DNA from: Candidatus Aenigmatarchaeota archaeon
GTDB lineage: Archaea > Aenigmatarchaeota > Aenigmatarchaeia > Aenigmatarchaeales > JACQIB01
Assembly: GCA_016198755.1 (NCBI GenBank)
Contig: JACQIB010000001.1
Location: 129,178 to 193,177 of the forward strand
Direction: 5' to 3'
DNA length: 64,000 nucleotides
Of the stretch, positions 45,349-55,099 are shown in pieces (the stretch's first letter is position 1; the number at the start of each line of letters is the position of its first letter). The translations under genes and the position numbers were made by a program. The notes beneath the pieces are model-generated. The model saw only the letters and a program-made list of their open reading frames with translations, had not been told where the DNA came from and ran no database searches.

Positions 45349-46182
45349 CTAAAAAGGATAAGAAATATGCCTTTTTTCCACTTCTGATGTTGGCGGCAGG
45401 TATTTGGGAGGTTCTGTTAATACAGTTGGTTCAGCAGGTTTTTCATATTCCCTTTTCCTTGTTGGATAGAACCATTTAACCCTTCCCAAAAGGCTCCTGA
45501 TATCTTTTCTTTCCTGTTCCATTAAAGACAGTGCAATTCTTACAGGTTCTGTCAGTTCCATAAGCCCCTCATCTTCTGCCAAAAATCCCTGTTCCCTGAG
45601 GGGATGTATTTTAGAATCCATGAATACGTTACGCTCAACTGTTTTTGTATTTGGGTATTGTAACCTTTCCATAATATCAGGCATGCTCAGCGGTTCTTTT
45701 TGCCCATACAGTAACCAGAGTATTGCATAGCCGCAGCCAAGTGCAACATCCCTCTCTTTCTTCATCGTATCAAACACATCATCAATTTCAAAGAAAACCC
45801 TGCTCAAGGCTGCAATTTTGTTTGTAGCAAGGACTTCTGTCTTGTTTGTAAGACGGGCTGATAAGAGGTTTCTTTTTGCATAAGATCCCCTCTCATGCTG
45901 GAATCTGCTTACATTATTTCCAGCTCCCCCCTGGCCAGCCTGCAGCAATGCCATAGCATATACAGACCATGCAGGAGTCTGTGAATGAAAATTGTAGCAG
46001 TGGGATCCTATATCGATTTTTGGGCCAGATGCGGATGTAAAATTATATGATGGAAACAGTTCCCGAATATATTTTAAAACCTCAGTTTGTACCAATCCGA
46101 AATTAAAACCTGAAATATAACTGTCTATCCTTCGTTTTAGTTCCCTCCGCTGCTCAACAGGCAGAAGTCTCTGGGAAGCCAT
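45349..46182 (-). CDS. Hypothetical protein with a probable C-terminal winged helix
   Basis: AILWLL...PLSMPDIMERL...IHPLREQGFL...MELTE. Confidence 0.65.
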   Translation of the reverse strand: MASQRLLPVEQRRELKRRIDSYISGFNFGLVQTEVLKYIRELFPSYNFTSASGPKIDIGSHCYNFHSQTPAWSVYAMALLQAGQGGAGNNVSRFQHERGSYAKRNLLSARLTNKTEVLATNKIAALSRVFFEIDDVFDTMKKERDVALGCGYAILWLLYGQKEPLSMPDIMERLQYPNTKTVERNVFMDSKIHPLREQGFLAEDEGLMELTEPVRIALSLMEQERKDIRSLLGRVKWFYPTRKREYEKPAEPTVLTEPPKYLPPTSEVEKRHISYPF

Positions 46183-46238
46183 ATAACAAATATATACTCT
46201 ATATTACTTATCCCTTTGTGATTTCTCTCCAGTAAGGA

Positions 46239-46946
46239 CTAAACCTTCCTGCCGAAAACCAGAAAGCCTGTGTGTGCCATGCTCCATGTTTTTGGCCGGC
46301 TCTTCCCATATCCATACTGCCATTCTTTCTGTATATTTTCCAATCCCTTTATCCCGGAAAATCCAGCTTTCTCAAGCGCAGCCCAGACCTTTCCCAAAGT
46401 TTCAGCATGCAAACAGTAAACAGCAACCCAGCCCCCAGTCTTTAACAGGGAAAAAGCCTTTTTTATAAACCTATCCGGATTTTCTAAATCTAAAGTAACC
46501 AAATCTACTTTCCCTTTTGCTTTTGAGAAATCTTTGTTCACAAACTTAATTTTTACCCCGCAGAATTCCGCATTTTTATTTGCAATCTCAAAAAACCCCT
46601 TATCCCTCTCATAACTTGTAACAGAACAACCTTGCATAGAAAGAAAAATAGAAAGCCACCCGCTCCCGCCACCAGAATCTATAACTTTCCAATCGGTCCC
46701 AGCACCAGTTATAGAAACAATTGCGGCAGCATCCTTCGGAAGAATAACCTGCGGCCCTCTCTTGCAGTGCAAAAGCAAATCAAGTGTTGAAGGTTTTAGA
46801 ACTGAAAAAACAGCCTTCCCAACTTTTATCCTCTGTCCAATTTTTACTTTCCTAAGATCAGCCTTCCCATATTTTGTATCATAAACTTTCCCAGTGCCCA
46901 GAAGGTAGCTCTTTTCCTTCCCCACAATCAGAACCCTCTCTTCCAT
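46239..46946 (-). CDS. trmI: tRNA (adenine57/58-N1)-methyltransferase
   Basis: RGPQVILPKDAA, DSGGGSG, YER, LDLENP, RP....HTGFLVFGRK. Confidence 0.9.
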   Translation of the reverse strand: MEERVLIVGKEKSYLLGTGKVYDTKYGKADLRKVKIGQRIKVGKAVFSVLKPSTLDLLLHCKRGPQVILPKDAAAIVSITGAGTDWKVIDSGGGSGWLSIFLSMQGCSVTSYERDKGFFEIANKNAEFCGVKIKFVNKDFSKAKGKVDLVTLDLENPDRFIKKAFSLLKTGGWVAVYCLHAETLGKVWAALEKAGFSGIKGLENIQKEWQYGYGKSRPKTWSMAHTGFLVFGRKV

Positions 46947-47009
46947 ATCTTTCAGTTCCTATCAACCACTATTTATATACAAGTTTGGTATGGGCAGGGA
47001 AAAAAATAT

Positions 47010-47993
47010 CTAGGCAACAGCTTCTGCCCCGCCGAACAGAATACTCTTTGCTACCCCAACTCTTTCAGACAGAACATCTAACATATCGCTTCCTCCCCAG
47101 TATGCACCCTCGGGTACAAAAACTCTTCCGTCAGCCATTGTAATAACAGAAGGCTTGTCTATATGCACAGTTCTCTCTTGTATTTCAGCCCTGTGCAGCA
47201 GCGCCCCAACAAGCATATCCACGCTCCTGTTCGCAATTTCCGGAGAAAAACTATTATCTATAACCGGCGGTCTGAAAATATCGTATATTGACATTATTCC
47301 CCGTTCTGAAGGGGCAGAACTTTCTGTTATTAATTCTTCCCATGAGCGTGCATCCCTCCCACTGACCCGTTCAAATCTCTCTTTCTCCTCGCAGTGCACA
47401 AAAACAATATCCCCTCCCAGCTTTTTAATTGTAGAGGCTTCAGCCACAGTTCTCACACCATCAAACACAGCACCCCCAACAACCCTCTCCAGCAATTTTT
47501 TAACAACAATATCCCCGCCATACTCAGCTCTCATTCTCTCCCCCATCATCTGCATATTATCCCTTGTTGGCTCCAGCCCCTCCCCTGCCAGTTCCTCTCT
47601 AATAACATCTGAGCAAACCAAGTGCTGCAGCCCAAACCTGTGGGCTATATACTTTGATATTGTCCCCTTTCCAGATCCTATAAGTCCAGCCACCCCAAGA
47701 TAAAAATCATCTCCAGCACCTCTTCTATTTACAACAGCCTGCCCATCGCAGCAGCCTATATTTGACAGCTTTGCTCTTACTGTGTAAACTGTTGGCTCCC
47801 CCACAGTCCTATAAAGATGAGCAAAATCCCATGTGTAGGCGTCGCAAGAAAATGTCCCCCGCCTTGTTATAATTGCAACTGCTTCTTTTGGAATATCCAG
47901 CTGCAGCAAGCCATATGTTGGCCCTATTTCATCAGAATTTCTGCTAAACCCCTCTACAACAGCATTAAAACCCAGTTCAACAGCCCCAGCCAT
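47010..47993 (-). CDS. Unknown N-terminal domain fused to a P-loop nucleotide kinase (dephospho-CoA kinase/UPF0200-like)
   Basis: GLIGSGKGT, SDVIRE, TRDNMQ..GE.MR...G, DGVR...E, RFER, IDN. Confidence 0.75.
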   Translation of the reverse strand: MAGAVELGFNAVVEGFSRNSDEIGPTYGLLQLDIPKEAVAIITRRGTFSCDAYTWDFAHLYRTVGEPTVYTVRAKLSNIGCCDGQAVVNRRGAGDDFYLGVAGLIGSGKGTISKYIAHRFGLQHLVCSDVIREELAGEGLEPTRDNMQMMGERMRAEYGGDIVVKKLLERVVGGAVFDGVRTVAEASTIKKLGGDIVFVHCEEKERFERVSGRDARSWEELITESSAPSERGIMSIYDIFRPPVIDNSFSPEIANRSVDMLVGALLHRAEIQERTVHIDKPSVITMADGRVFVPEGAYWGGSDMLDVLSERVGVAKSILFGGAEAVA

Positions 47994-48034
47994 AGAAAAG
48001 CTTGCGCACAAAACCTTTTAAACCCAGTATTTTC

Positions 48035-48724
48035 CTAGCTAATAGGATAAGCAAGCCCTGTGCGCGCAGAGTTTGTGTTTCTAAACTTCCTTAGGGATTC
48101 CGGCCCAAAATCATCTATAAACCTTCTAATGCAAATCCCTCCAACTTTCCTATTGCTGTATTCTACTCTTTCAGGAAGCGGATCATCTGCAAACTCCCCC
48201 AATTTCACAAGCTCAGGCACTATCCCATTTCCAAAATTAAACAGCCCAACTTCCCGTTCTGTACCCACATACCCTTTCCCCAGCATCTCTTCCATAACTG
48301 TTGCAGGCCATGTCATACTTTTGTCCCTGTCTGGAATAACTTTAATTTTTCCATCTTCCTCTGTTAACAGGCAAACACTTGACCAGTCATAGCTTGTCTT
48401 TTTCTGCTCCCCAATCCCGCGCAGAACAGCAGGCTCTGCAAAACCAGCACCAATCAAATGCATTCTTGACATTCCACACCCGTCCACCCCTTCCGGAGCT
48501 TCCCATGTCATTGTCTCAGAGCTTATTCCCCTTACATCCTCCCGCGTATGGTATATTGTTGTTGGAATTGAAGAGAGAATGGCAGCATAAATCCCATTTA
48601 GGAACTGGAAGCTTGTTGCAGCAGACAAATCAGCTCTACCAGCATAAGTCAGCCTTACAGGGTACGATCCAGTCCTGTCCCTTGCAGCCTCTACAAAGAA
48701 TGTGGTTTCTGACATGTTTACCAT
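48035..48724 (-). CDS. Hypothetical protein
   Basis: 229-aa ORF co-oriented with its neighbours. Confidence 0.65.
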   Translation of the reverse strand: MVNMSETTFFVEAARDRTGSYPVRLTYAGRADLSAATSFQFLNGIYAAILSSIPTTIYHTREDVRGISSETMTWEAPEGVDGCGMSRMHLIGAGFAEPAVLRGIGEQKKTSYDWSSVCLLTEEDGKIKVIPDRDKSMTWPATVMEEMLGKGYVGTEREVGLFNFGNGIVPELVKLGEFADDPLPERVEYSNRKVGGICIRRFIDDFGPESLRKFRNTNSARTGLAYPIS

Positions 48725-48739
48725 TCGAAAGAAATCTAT

Positions 48740-49534
48740 TTAAGCAGTAGCTTTGATGTGCCAGAATCCATTCCTTTCCTTAAGGTCATCTATACGAAGC
48801 CTAGCTTGTTCAACAACTTCTCTAATTCCTATTTGTTCCCATCCTACTTCTTTTCCCTCCCTGTTATAAACACGGCATACACCTTTCTGGAACATTATAT
48901 AATCTTCTGTTTTTTCTCCTCGGGGCCCATGTGTATTAGACATTGTGACCATACTCAGCTTGCCCCCAGGCTTAAGCACACGCTTAATTTCTTCCAAGGC
49001 ACTGATGCAAACATCTATCGGTCTCTTTCTCCCTCCAAAAACCTTTTCAGAGTGCGGAAGCATCATTAAAACTCCATAAAACCCAACACCATCCATAGAC
49101 CCCCTTTCAAATGGGAGGCTTGTTGCAGAACCCCATCTCACATCCCTATTAACAGTATCATTCCATTTCATGATCCTTGTCTGTTCATCCGGAACCCCTC
49201 TCCTGGCAAGTTCACCTTCAACATAGGAAAGGTTCACACCAGAAACCTGAAACCCCGCATTCTGCAAAGCCCACAAACTATAACCCTCACCGCAGCCAAC
49301 GTCCAATACTCTCTTCTCCCTCACTCCACCTAGAGTTTCCCTCCAGTAGTCAGGAGCTTTAACGCCATATCTATACGCTGTAGCAGGATCAAAAGCAGCT
49401 CCACCTGTTTTTCTAGAGAAAATCTCCCTCTCATATCTTAACTGCGCAGGGCTTAGCATTTTGAGGTGCACTGCATTTGGTGGTATATTATGATCTTTCA
49501 TAAAGTCCAGAATTGGGCTATTATCTTTTCCCAT
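48740..49534 (-). CDS. Class I SAM-dependent methyltransferase
   Basis: VLDVGCGEG, LPFERGSMD, RVLKPGG. Confidence 0.88.
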   Translation of the reverse strand: MGKDNSPILDFMKDHNIPPNAVHLKMLSPAQLRYEREIFSRKTGGAAFDPATAYRYGVKAPDYWRETLGGVREKRVLDVGCGEGYSLWALQNAGFQVSGVNLSYVEGELARRGVPDEQTRIMKWNDTVNRDVRWGSATSLPFERGSMDGVGFYGVLMMLPHSEKVFGGRKRPIDVCISALEEIKRVLKPGGKLSMVTMSNTHGPRGEKTEDYIMFQKGVCRVYNREGKEVGWEQIGIREVVEQARLRIDDLKERNGFWHIKATA

Positions 49535-49620
49535 AATTAAATTTGGAAATAAAACCTTAAATAGGCTTCTGTCTCGTGCTAGTATAGTAAAGTTAAAAGC
49601 CCACAAACCAAATAAATCCC

Positions 49621-50385
49621 ATGGTTTTCGAGCTTGTTAGATTTGCGGTTGTGCTTGCAGCAGTTGGATACTGCGGATACAAGGATTTGAAAACTTCAGA
49701 TGTGCCTGCAGAGCCAATAATTGTAGGAGCCATTTTAGGATTAGTTTTATTTTGGGCAGATGGATTTTCAAATATTCAGGCTGCTTTTACAAACCTGCTG
49801 ATTTTCTCTGGAATTGGCGCCTTATTTTATTTTACAGGCAGCTGGGGAGCAGGCGATTCAGCTGTTCTGGTTCTGTCAGGCTTCCTTTTCCCGAAAGATC
49901 CTTTGTTAACAATTTTCACTGTCTTTTCAGTTGGTTTAGCTTACTCAACTTTCTATATACTATTTTATTCCTGGAAAAACGGGAAACTTGGGAAAATAAA
50001 GAGTGCCTGTAAAGGCTTTCCTCTCCTCTCTTTACCAATAGCTCCTGCAGCAGCTTTAACAGTTTTCTTTTTGTCTCCAGCACCCCTATCTCTTTCAGCA
50101 ATCCTTTCATTAGCAGTCCTTTTCGTTCTTTTAATGCCTATATTATATGTAGTTTTCAAGGAAAGTGAAACCCTGTTTAGAAAAAGAATACCAACAAAAC
50201 AGCTGAAAGAGGGTGATATGCTTGCAGAGCCTGTTGCAGGAGTTGGTTCAAAGCTTGTGCGTGGTTTGACCAAAATAGAAATAGGCAGAATTAAAAAAAT
50301 TAAAAAGTTTATTTTAATTAAAGACGGAGTAAGGTATACTCCGGTTTTTTTCATTTCACTTTTGGTTCTGTTACTTTTAGCCTGA
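49621..50385 (+). CDS. Prepilin/prearchaellin peptidase (A24, PibD/FlaK-like)
   Basis: Catalytic Asp motifs YKDLK and WGAGD, multi-TM, C-terminal LKEGD..GLT..RYTP. Confidence 0.85.
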   Translation: MVFELVRFAVVLAAVGYCGYKDLKTSDVPAEPIIVGAILGLVLFWADGFSNIQAAFTNLLIFSGIGALFYFTGSWGAGDSAVLVLSGFLFPKDPLLTIFTVFSVGLAYSTFYILFYSWKNGKLGKIKSACKGFPLLSLPIAPAAALTVFFLSPAPLSLSAILSLAVLFVLLMPILYVVFKESETLFRKRIPTKQLKEGDMLAEPVAGVGSKLVRGLTKIEIGRIKKIKKFILIKDGVRYTPVFFISLLVLLLLA

Positions 50386-51681
50386 ACTCCACCTAAACCA
50401 GTCTGCTGTTTCAGAGGTTGTTGTAAGATTGAGGGTTGCAATGTTGTTTGTTTCATTAAGTTCAGAAACTTCTTCCAGATCATCCAGCTTAACAGCAAGT
50501 AGAGGCGCTGTGCTGTTCAATGGGCCATTTGAAACAGTAGAATTCAGGAAAAGGAAGGAAAATACATAAGACTGGTTTACAGTCAATCCTGCATGGTTCA
50601 ATTTTGTTGTGTTGAATATTGTTCCGGATGAGTTTGAGAGAGTAAGATTTACAAGGAAGCCAGTGCTGGCTGCAGTTCCTGTGTTGTTAACAGTTAAGTA
50701 AATCCTGTAGTAATTCTCAGTGTAATTATAACGAACAGAAGCATTTCCAACCACAAAGTCAGGCTTTGGGGCTTGAGTAGTGGTAGTTGTGCTGGTAGTG
50801 GAAGTTGTTGTTGTGTTTGCAGTTGTTGTAGTTGTGTTCAGTGTTGTAGTTGTTGTATTTGCAGTGGTTGTTGTTGGAACTGTTGTTGTAGTTGAAGTTG
50901 TTGTTGTAGAGCTGGTTGTAGTAGTGGTTGTTGTAACAGCTCCGGAGAAAATATCCAGCCAGCCTATGTATCTAGTGAAGTTCCCTCCTGAGCAGAGTGT
51001 AAGCTCAACACTTCCAGTTGAGTTTGGAACATCAAATCCACCTTTACACTTCCCTTCAGATATAGTGCACTCACCTAAAACAGAGCCTGTGCAGGCAAAG
51101 CGGGAGCTCTCATTCTCCCCGGCAATTTTAAGGGAAAGTTTTGTTCCAGAGCAGCTGTTGCATAAAAGATCTCCGGTAAATTCAACCCTCTCCCCAAAAG
51201 AAACATTGCCCTTTGAAAAGCCTAAAATATGGTTTATACCCCCAGTATAGCCAACATATTTCCCTGGGAATGTGCATGTGCTGTTAGCTGGAGGAATCAT
51301 GCACAAATAGTCTGGCCTGTACTGCTGCGGGCTAAGTATATCCTGCTGCAGCCCTAAAGCAACAAAACAGAGGGGCTGGTTAGTAAATGAATCCATCCAG
51401 ACAGTGAGAGAGCTCTTGTTTTCCGGTGTGGAAGCTATAACTCTCCAATAAGGTTTTATTTCCATCTGCTCTCCGCAGCTCTGCCTTATGTTTCCTATAT
51501 TGTTTGAAATAGTGTTATTGTCCAGAAAAACAGCTGTTACTGTTGAGTTTGGGAAACTGGAAAGGAAGTTTTTGAAAATCTCAGTTCCCTTTGCAACAGA
51601 AGCAGGATCAGACTGCCCTGTGCACCCAGCAGCAAGTACAACAACAAGAGCAAAAACAATTATTCCTTTCAATTTTGTCAC
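50377..51681 (-). CDS. Surface lipoprotein with a Thr-rich linker and a C-terminal CARDB domain
   Basis: Lipobox LAAGC, poly-Thr tract, PDFVV...NNTG...EVSELNETNN; many NxT/S sequons. Confidence 0.85.
   Translation of the reverse strand: MTKLKGIIVFALVVVLAAGCTGQSDPASVAKGTEIFKNFLSSFPNSTVTAVFLDNNTISNNIGNIRQSCGEQMEIKPYWRVIASTPENKSSLTVWMDSFTNQPLCFVALGLQQDILSPQQYRPDYLCMIPPANSTCTFPGKYVGYTGGINHILGFSKGNVSFGERVEFTGDLLCNSCSGTKLSLKIAGENESSRFACTGSVLGECTISEGKCKGGFDVPNSTGSVELTLCSGGNFTRYIGWLDIFSGAVTTTTTTTSSTTTTSTTTTVPTTTTANTTTTTLNTTTTTANTTTTSTTSTTTTTQAPKPDFVVGNASVRYNYTENYYRIYLTVNNTGTAASTGFLVNLTLSNSSGTIFNTTKLNHAGLTVNQSYVFSFLFLNSTVSNGPLNSTAPLLAVKLDDLEEVSELNETNNIATLNLTTTSETADWFRWSSG
50775..50937. repeat. Low-complexity ACN-codon tract encoding poly-threonine
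   Basis: GTT/GTA/GTG triplet runs on the plus strand. Confidence 0.85.
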
Positions 51682-52499
51682 TTCTTCTCTTTCTTTTTCC
51701 TAATCTCCTGTTTTACTGTCTCCAGTCTTTCCCTCCAGCCAGCTTCAGCAGCATGCTTTTCCCTTACCTTTTTCAATCTATGTAACTTGCCCTGTATCTC
51801 CCTCAACTGCTGCAGCAAAGTTCCATGCAAAGTATCAGTAAAGCTCATTGTCCCGTTCTCATAGATCGTGTTTCCAACAACTATAGTGGCCCACTTGCTC
51901 ATTTCTTCAGCCCTTTCTTTCGTGTTTACACCGCCCCCATAAAACAAATGAGCTTTTTTCAAGTTCTCTTTAACAGCCTGTACAATAGCAGGATCCCCAT
52001 AGGTGCCAGAATACTCTATATACACACTAGGCATGTTAAAGAAACGTTCAGCTAATACAGCTGTTGCAACCACATCCTCCTTCGGTATTGGCTTAGCTTT
52101 GGAAATTTTGGCAGCAGCACATTTAGGATTTAAAATAATCAGGGCTTCCGGAACAACAATATCCCAGTTTATCTCTTTCGAGTCCCTTTTTATCCAGTCT
52201 ACATGTATCCCGTTGATAAACTTTGAAACATCAGTGTTAAAAACAGACTGCACAAAAATCCAGTCCACACCCTTATAGATAAGGCAGTTTGGATTTGAAG
52301 GCTTCAGAACCACAGGCACATCATAGTTTTTAAGCATCCTTAGAACTTCCAGAACATTGTTCCTGTTCATGTTCTGGGATCCAGCTACAATAATGGCATC
52401 AGTATCAGTTTCCATTATCTGGTCCAGAACCTTTTCCGATATTTTCCTGTCAGGATCCAGCTGTGTAACATGCTTCCATTTTCTCCATTCTTCGCTGAT
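51678..52499 (-). CDS. Geranylgeranylglyceryl phosphate synthase, group I (PcrB-like); start apparently ATC
   Basis: WKHVTQLDPD N-terminus lies in frame upstream of the ATG at 52415; YIEYSGTYGD, FYGGG, IVVGN. Confidence 0.85.
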   Translation of the reverse strand: MSEEWRKWKHVTQLDPDRKISEKVLDQIMETDTDAIIVAGSQNMNRNNVLEVLRMLKNYDVPVVLKPSNPNCLIYKGVDWIFVQSVFNTDVSKFINGIHVDWIKRDSKEINWDIVVPEALIILNPKCAAAKISKAKPIPKEDVVATAVLAERFFNMPSVYIEYSGTYGDPAIVQAVKENLKKAHLFYGGGVNTKERAEEMSKWATIVVGNTIYENGTMSFTDTLHGTLLQQLREIQGKLHRLKKVREKHAAEAGWRERLETVKQEIRKKKEKK

Positions 52500-52516
52500 T
52501 CAAACCCCCTCTGAGC

Positions 52517-53566
52517 TTAAGCTATAACCCCTGTTTTTCTTGCCAACTCTTCCGCGGTTTGAGCATTTAAGGCTTTCTGCTCGAGTATAGTATATCTATC
52601 CTTTCTTATATTGCCTGCCAGAACCAGCGCTCTTACTATATCCCTTTCCCCAACCCCCAGCTCAGAAGCAGTTATAGGGCAGCCAATTTCCCTTATTGTT
52701 GCCCGTATCCTCTGCCATGGTAACCCATGTAAATAGCTCATCATTATACACCCTATAGCAACCTGTTCCCCATGAAACCTTCTCCCTTCAGGCAGAATAG
52801 AGTCTAAAGCATGGGAAAACATATGCTCAGACCCTGAAGCAGGCCTGCTGTTCCCTGTTATGCACATTGCTATACTCGAGCTTATCAATGACTCAACCAA
52901 ATTTCTTAATCCTCTCTCTTCCCTATTCCTTATCATTTCAGCAGAGTCTACAACCATGTTTGCGCTTAACAAAGTTAAAGCAGAAGCATAGTCTGAAAAT
53001 GTCTCTCCTGTTACTTTAGAAGAGAGCTTCCAGTCCTCTATAGCCGTTAACTTCCCAATCATATCCCCTGCTCCAGCAGCTATTAACCTCTGCGGAGCTT
53101 TAGCCATTATTGTTGTATCAGCTACAATAGCTTCCGGTACATGAGCAAGAAAAGAGTAGTTTGTATGGTTTTCGCTCAATGTAGCCCTTGGACTGGCAAT
53201 CCCATCATGGGAAGGGGCTGTTGGAACTGAAATAAACGGAATCCCTGCACGGAAGCTCGCATATTTTGCAATATCTATAACCCTGCCTCCCCCAACAGCA
53301 ACCACAAACCTATACTCTCTAGCTCTTTCAATCAGCTTTCCAAGTTCATGCTTCTCTATACTTTCCACAACCTCTGTTTCCACAGGATATCCAGCTCCTG
53401 AAAGAACTTCAGAAACCCTTTTCCCTCCAATTCCCATTGTTTTAGGCCCAGAAACCAGCAGACAGGCTCCCGATAGCAAAAGGTCTTTGCAAACATCCCC
53501 AACCTTCTCTGTAACCCCCTCCCCTATCAGAATCTCAGCAGGCATCTGTATCTTATGGATACCCAT
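52517..53566 (-). CDS. egsA: Glycerol-1-phosphate dehydrogenase
   Basis: GGGRVIDIAK, PTAPSHDGIASP, SRPASGSEH.FSHALD, HGEQV. Confidence 0.95.
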   Translation of the reverse strand: MGIHKIQMPAEILIGEGVTEKVGDVCKDLLLSGACLLVSGPKTMGIGGKRVSEVLSGAGYPVETEVVESIEKHELGKLIERAREYRFVVAVGGGRVIDIAKYASFRAGIPFISVPTAPSHDGIASPRATLSENHTNYSFLAHVPEAIVADTTIMAKAPQRLIAAGAGDMIGKLTAIEDWKLSSKVTGETFSDYASALTLLSANMVVDSAEMIRNREERGLRNLVESLISSSIAMCITGNSRPASGSEHMFSHALDSILPEGRRFHGEQVAIGCIMMSYLHGLPWQRIRATIREIGCPITASELGVGERDIVRALVLAGNIRKDRYTILEQKALNAQTAEELARKTGVIA

Positions 53567-53573
53567 AACAGCT

Positions 53574-54728
53574 CTATTCTCCTTTAAGGCTTTTATACCT
53601 TTTCAGCCAGTCTAAAAATCCAGTTTTCTCCCCTTCTTTAGCAAGCTTTTCCAGCTCTTCTCTCCCTATCCACTGCAGAACCTCTCCCTTTTCCAGTTCT
53701 GTTGTTAAAACAGTAAGCCCAGTTTCCTTTAACCTTTCCCCTATCTCCTGCGAACAAAAAACAGCAGCAGGCTCTTTTTCAACCAAAAACTTCACTGCTC
53801 CAGTCCCCCTCTCCTTTATTATAGCAACAGCCTTTCCTTTCAGTGTTCCAAACTCCCTCTCAGCCCTTTCAATACTCTCCCTGCTCAAATCAAACACCGG
53901 ATAAACAGGTATTCTCCCTTCCAGCACAATTCCAGCAGCCTCCTTTGCTGCAACCTCCCTTTTCTCAGAATCTCTTCTCAGCCCTCTCTCTTTCTGCAGT
54001 TCCCACTGCAGCTGTTTTATCATTCCCTCCCTCACAGCTATCTCCCGTTCTTTTAACACAGCCCTTCTTGCTGTTTCATTCCTCTTCCTCTGTTCCTCCT
54101 GCTCCCTTTCTAAATTCTTTTCCAGCCCCTTTATTTTTCCCTCTATTTTTTCAATATACTGCTTTTGTAATTTTACTCTGTTTTCCAGTTCTTTTCTCAG
54201 TTTTTCCTCTGCACTCTTTATTCTCGGCTTTTCTATCTCCCTTTCTATTTCCTTTTCCTCCATAGGTTTTTCTATCCTTTCCAGAGCCTCAGCAATATTT
54301 TTAGCTTTTCCCCCAATCAAAAGTTCCCTAACTTCCCCAGCTTTCTCCCCCACAGAATCCTTTATTTTCGCAAACCCCCGTGCATGTGCTCTGTAAGCAA
54401 TCAAAGCAGCAGCCAGCGCATCCCTCTCATGCTGGTTTTTCAGCTCCTCCCCTTTAGCAATCTCAATCTTCTTTTCAACCTCAATATCCCTCTCAGGCAA
54501 AAATAATTCACAGTTAAAGCTTGCAGCAATTTTTCTCAGCGCCTCTCCAGCCCTTTCTCTATCCCCAGCAACCAAAAAAGGCTTCCCAAACTCTATTGCC
54601 CGCTCAATAACCCAGTTTATTCCCACAGTTTTCGCACTTTCTACAGCAAGAATATTCCCCTCTAAATCCAGAACAGCAAATGCAGTTGTTAATCCCGGAT
54701 CCACACCCAGAATAATTTCCTTTCCCAT
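53574..54728 (-). CDS. DUF460-family protein (RNase H-fold plus coiled coil)
   Basis: GVDPGLTTAFAVLDLEG, NQHERDALAAA, long coiled coil. Confidence 0.85.
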   Translation of the reverse strand: MGKEIILGVDPGLTTAFAVLDLEGNILAVESAKTVGINWVIERAIEFGKPFLVAGDRERAGEALRKIAASFNCELFLPERDIEVEKKIEIAKGEELKNQHERDALAAALIAYRAHARGFAKIKDSVGEKAGEVRELLIGGKAKNIAEALERIEKPMEEKEIEREIEKPRIKSAEEKLRKELENRVKLQKQYIEKIEGKIKGLEKNLEREQEEQRKRNETARRAVLKEREIAVREGMIKQLQWELQKERGLRRDSEKREVAAKEAAGIVLEGRIPVYPVFDLSRESIERAEREFGTLKGKAVAIIKERGTGAVKFLVEKEPAAVFCSQEIGERLKETGLTVLTTELEKGEVLQWIGREELEKLAKEGEKTGFLDWLKRYKSLKGE

Positions 54729-54761
54729 GCGCAATTATTGTGTCCAGAAACTTAAATAAGC

Positions 54762-54986
54762 TCATCGCCTAGCAATTGGGTGCTGGCTGCGGACATGCCT
54801 AAGCATTTCCCCAACATTCTTAAATGGCCCATGAGGCTTCTCATTTCCCCTATCCAAAAGCTCCTTCACAACCTCTGGCCTGAGTCTCTCAGGCTTTCCT
54901 GTTACAGGACAGGTATATTCTATGGCTGCCGTTTCCAGTACCCTTTGATCATATTCCCTTCCCCGATTCCCATAACCTTCTGCCAT
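54762..54986 (-). CDS. Small protein with an antitoxin-like C-terminus
   Basis: Probable start MAEGY, about 25 nt after TTTATATA; LRPEVVKEL...GPFKNVGEML. Confidence 0.55.
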   Translation of the reverse strand: MAEGYGNRGREYDQRVLETAAIEYTCPVTGKPERLRPEVVKELLDRGNEKPHGPFKNVGEMLRHVRSQHPIARR

Positions 54987-55099
54987 AGATAAAATCTCTC
55001 TTTGCCCTATATAAATAAAATCTTTTTTATCCGCTAATCGTCGGTTTTTTCCAAACAAAATCGATGCCTTTACATCTCTCAAAAACCTATAATCTATCA

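Noticed and set aside
50780-51250. Val-rich 156-aa ORF
   Set aside because: Reverse complement of the poly-Thr tract.
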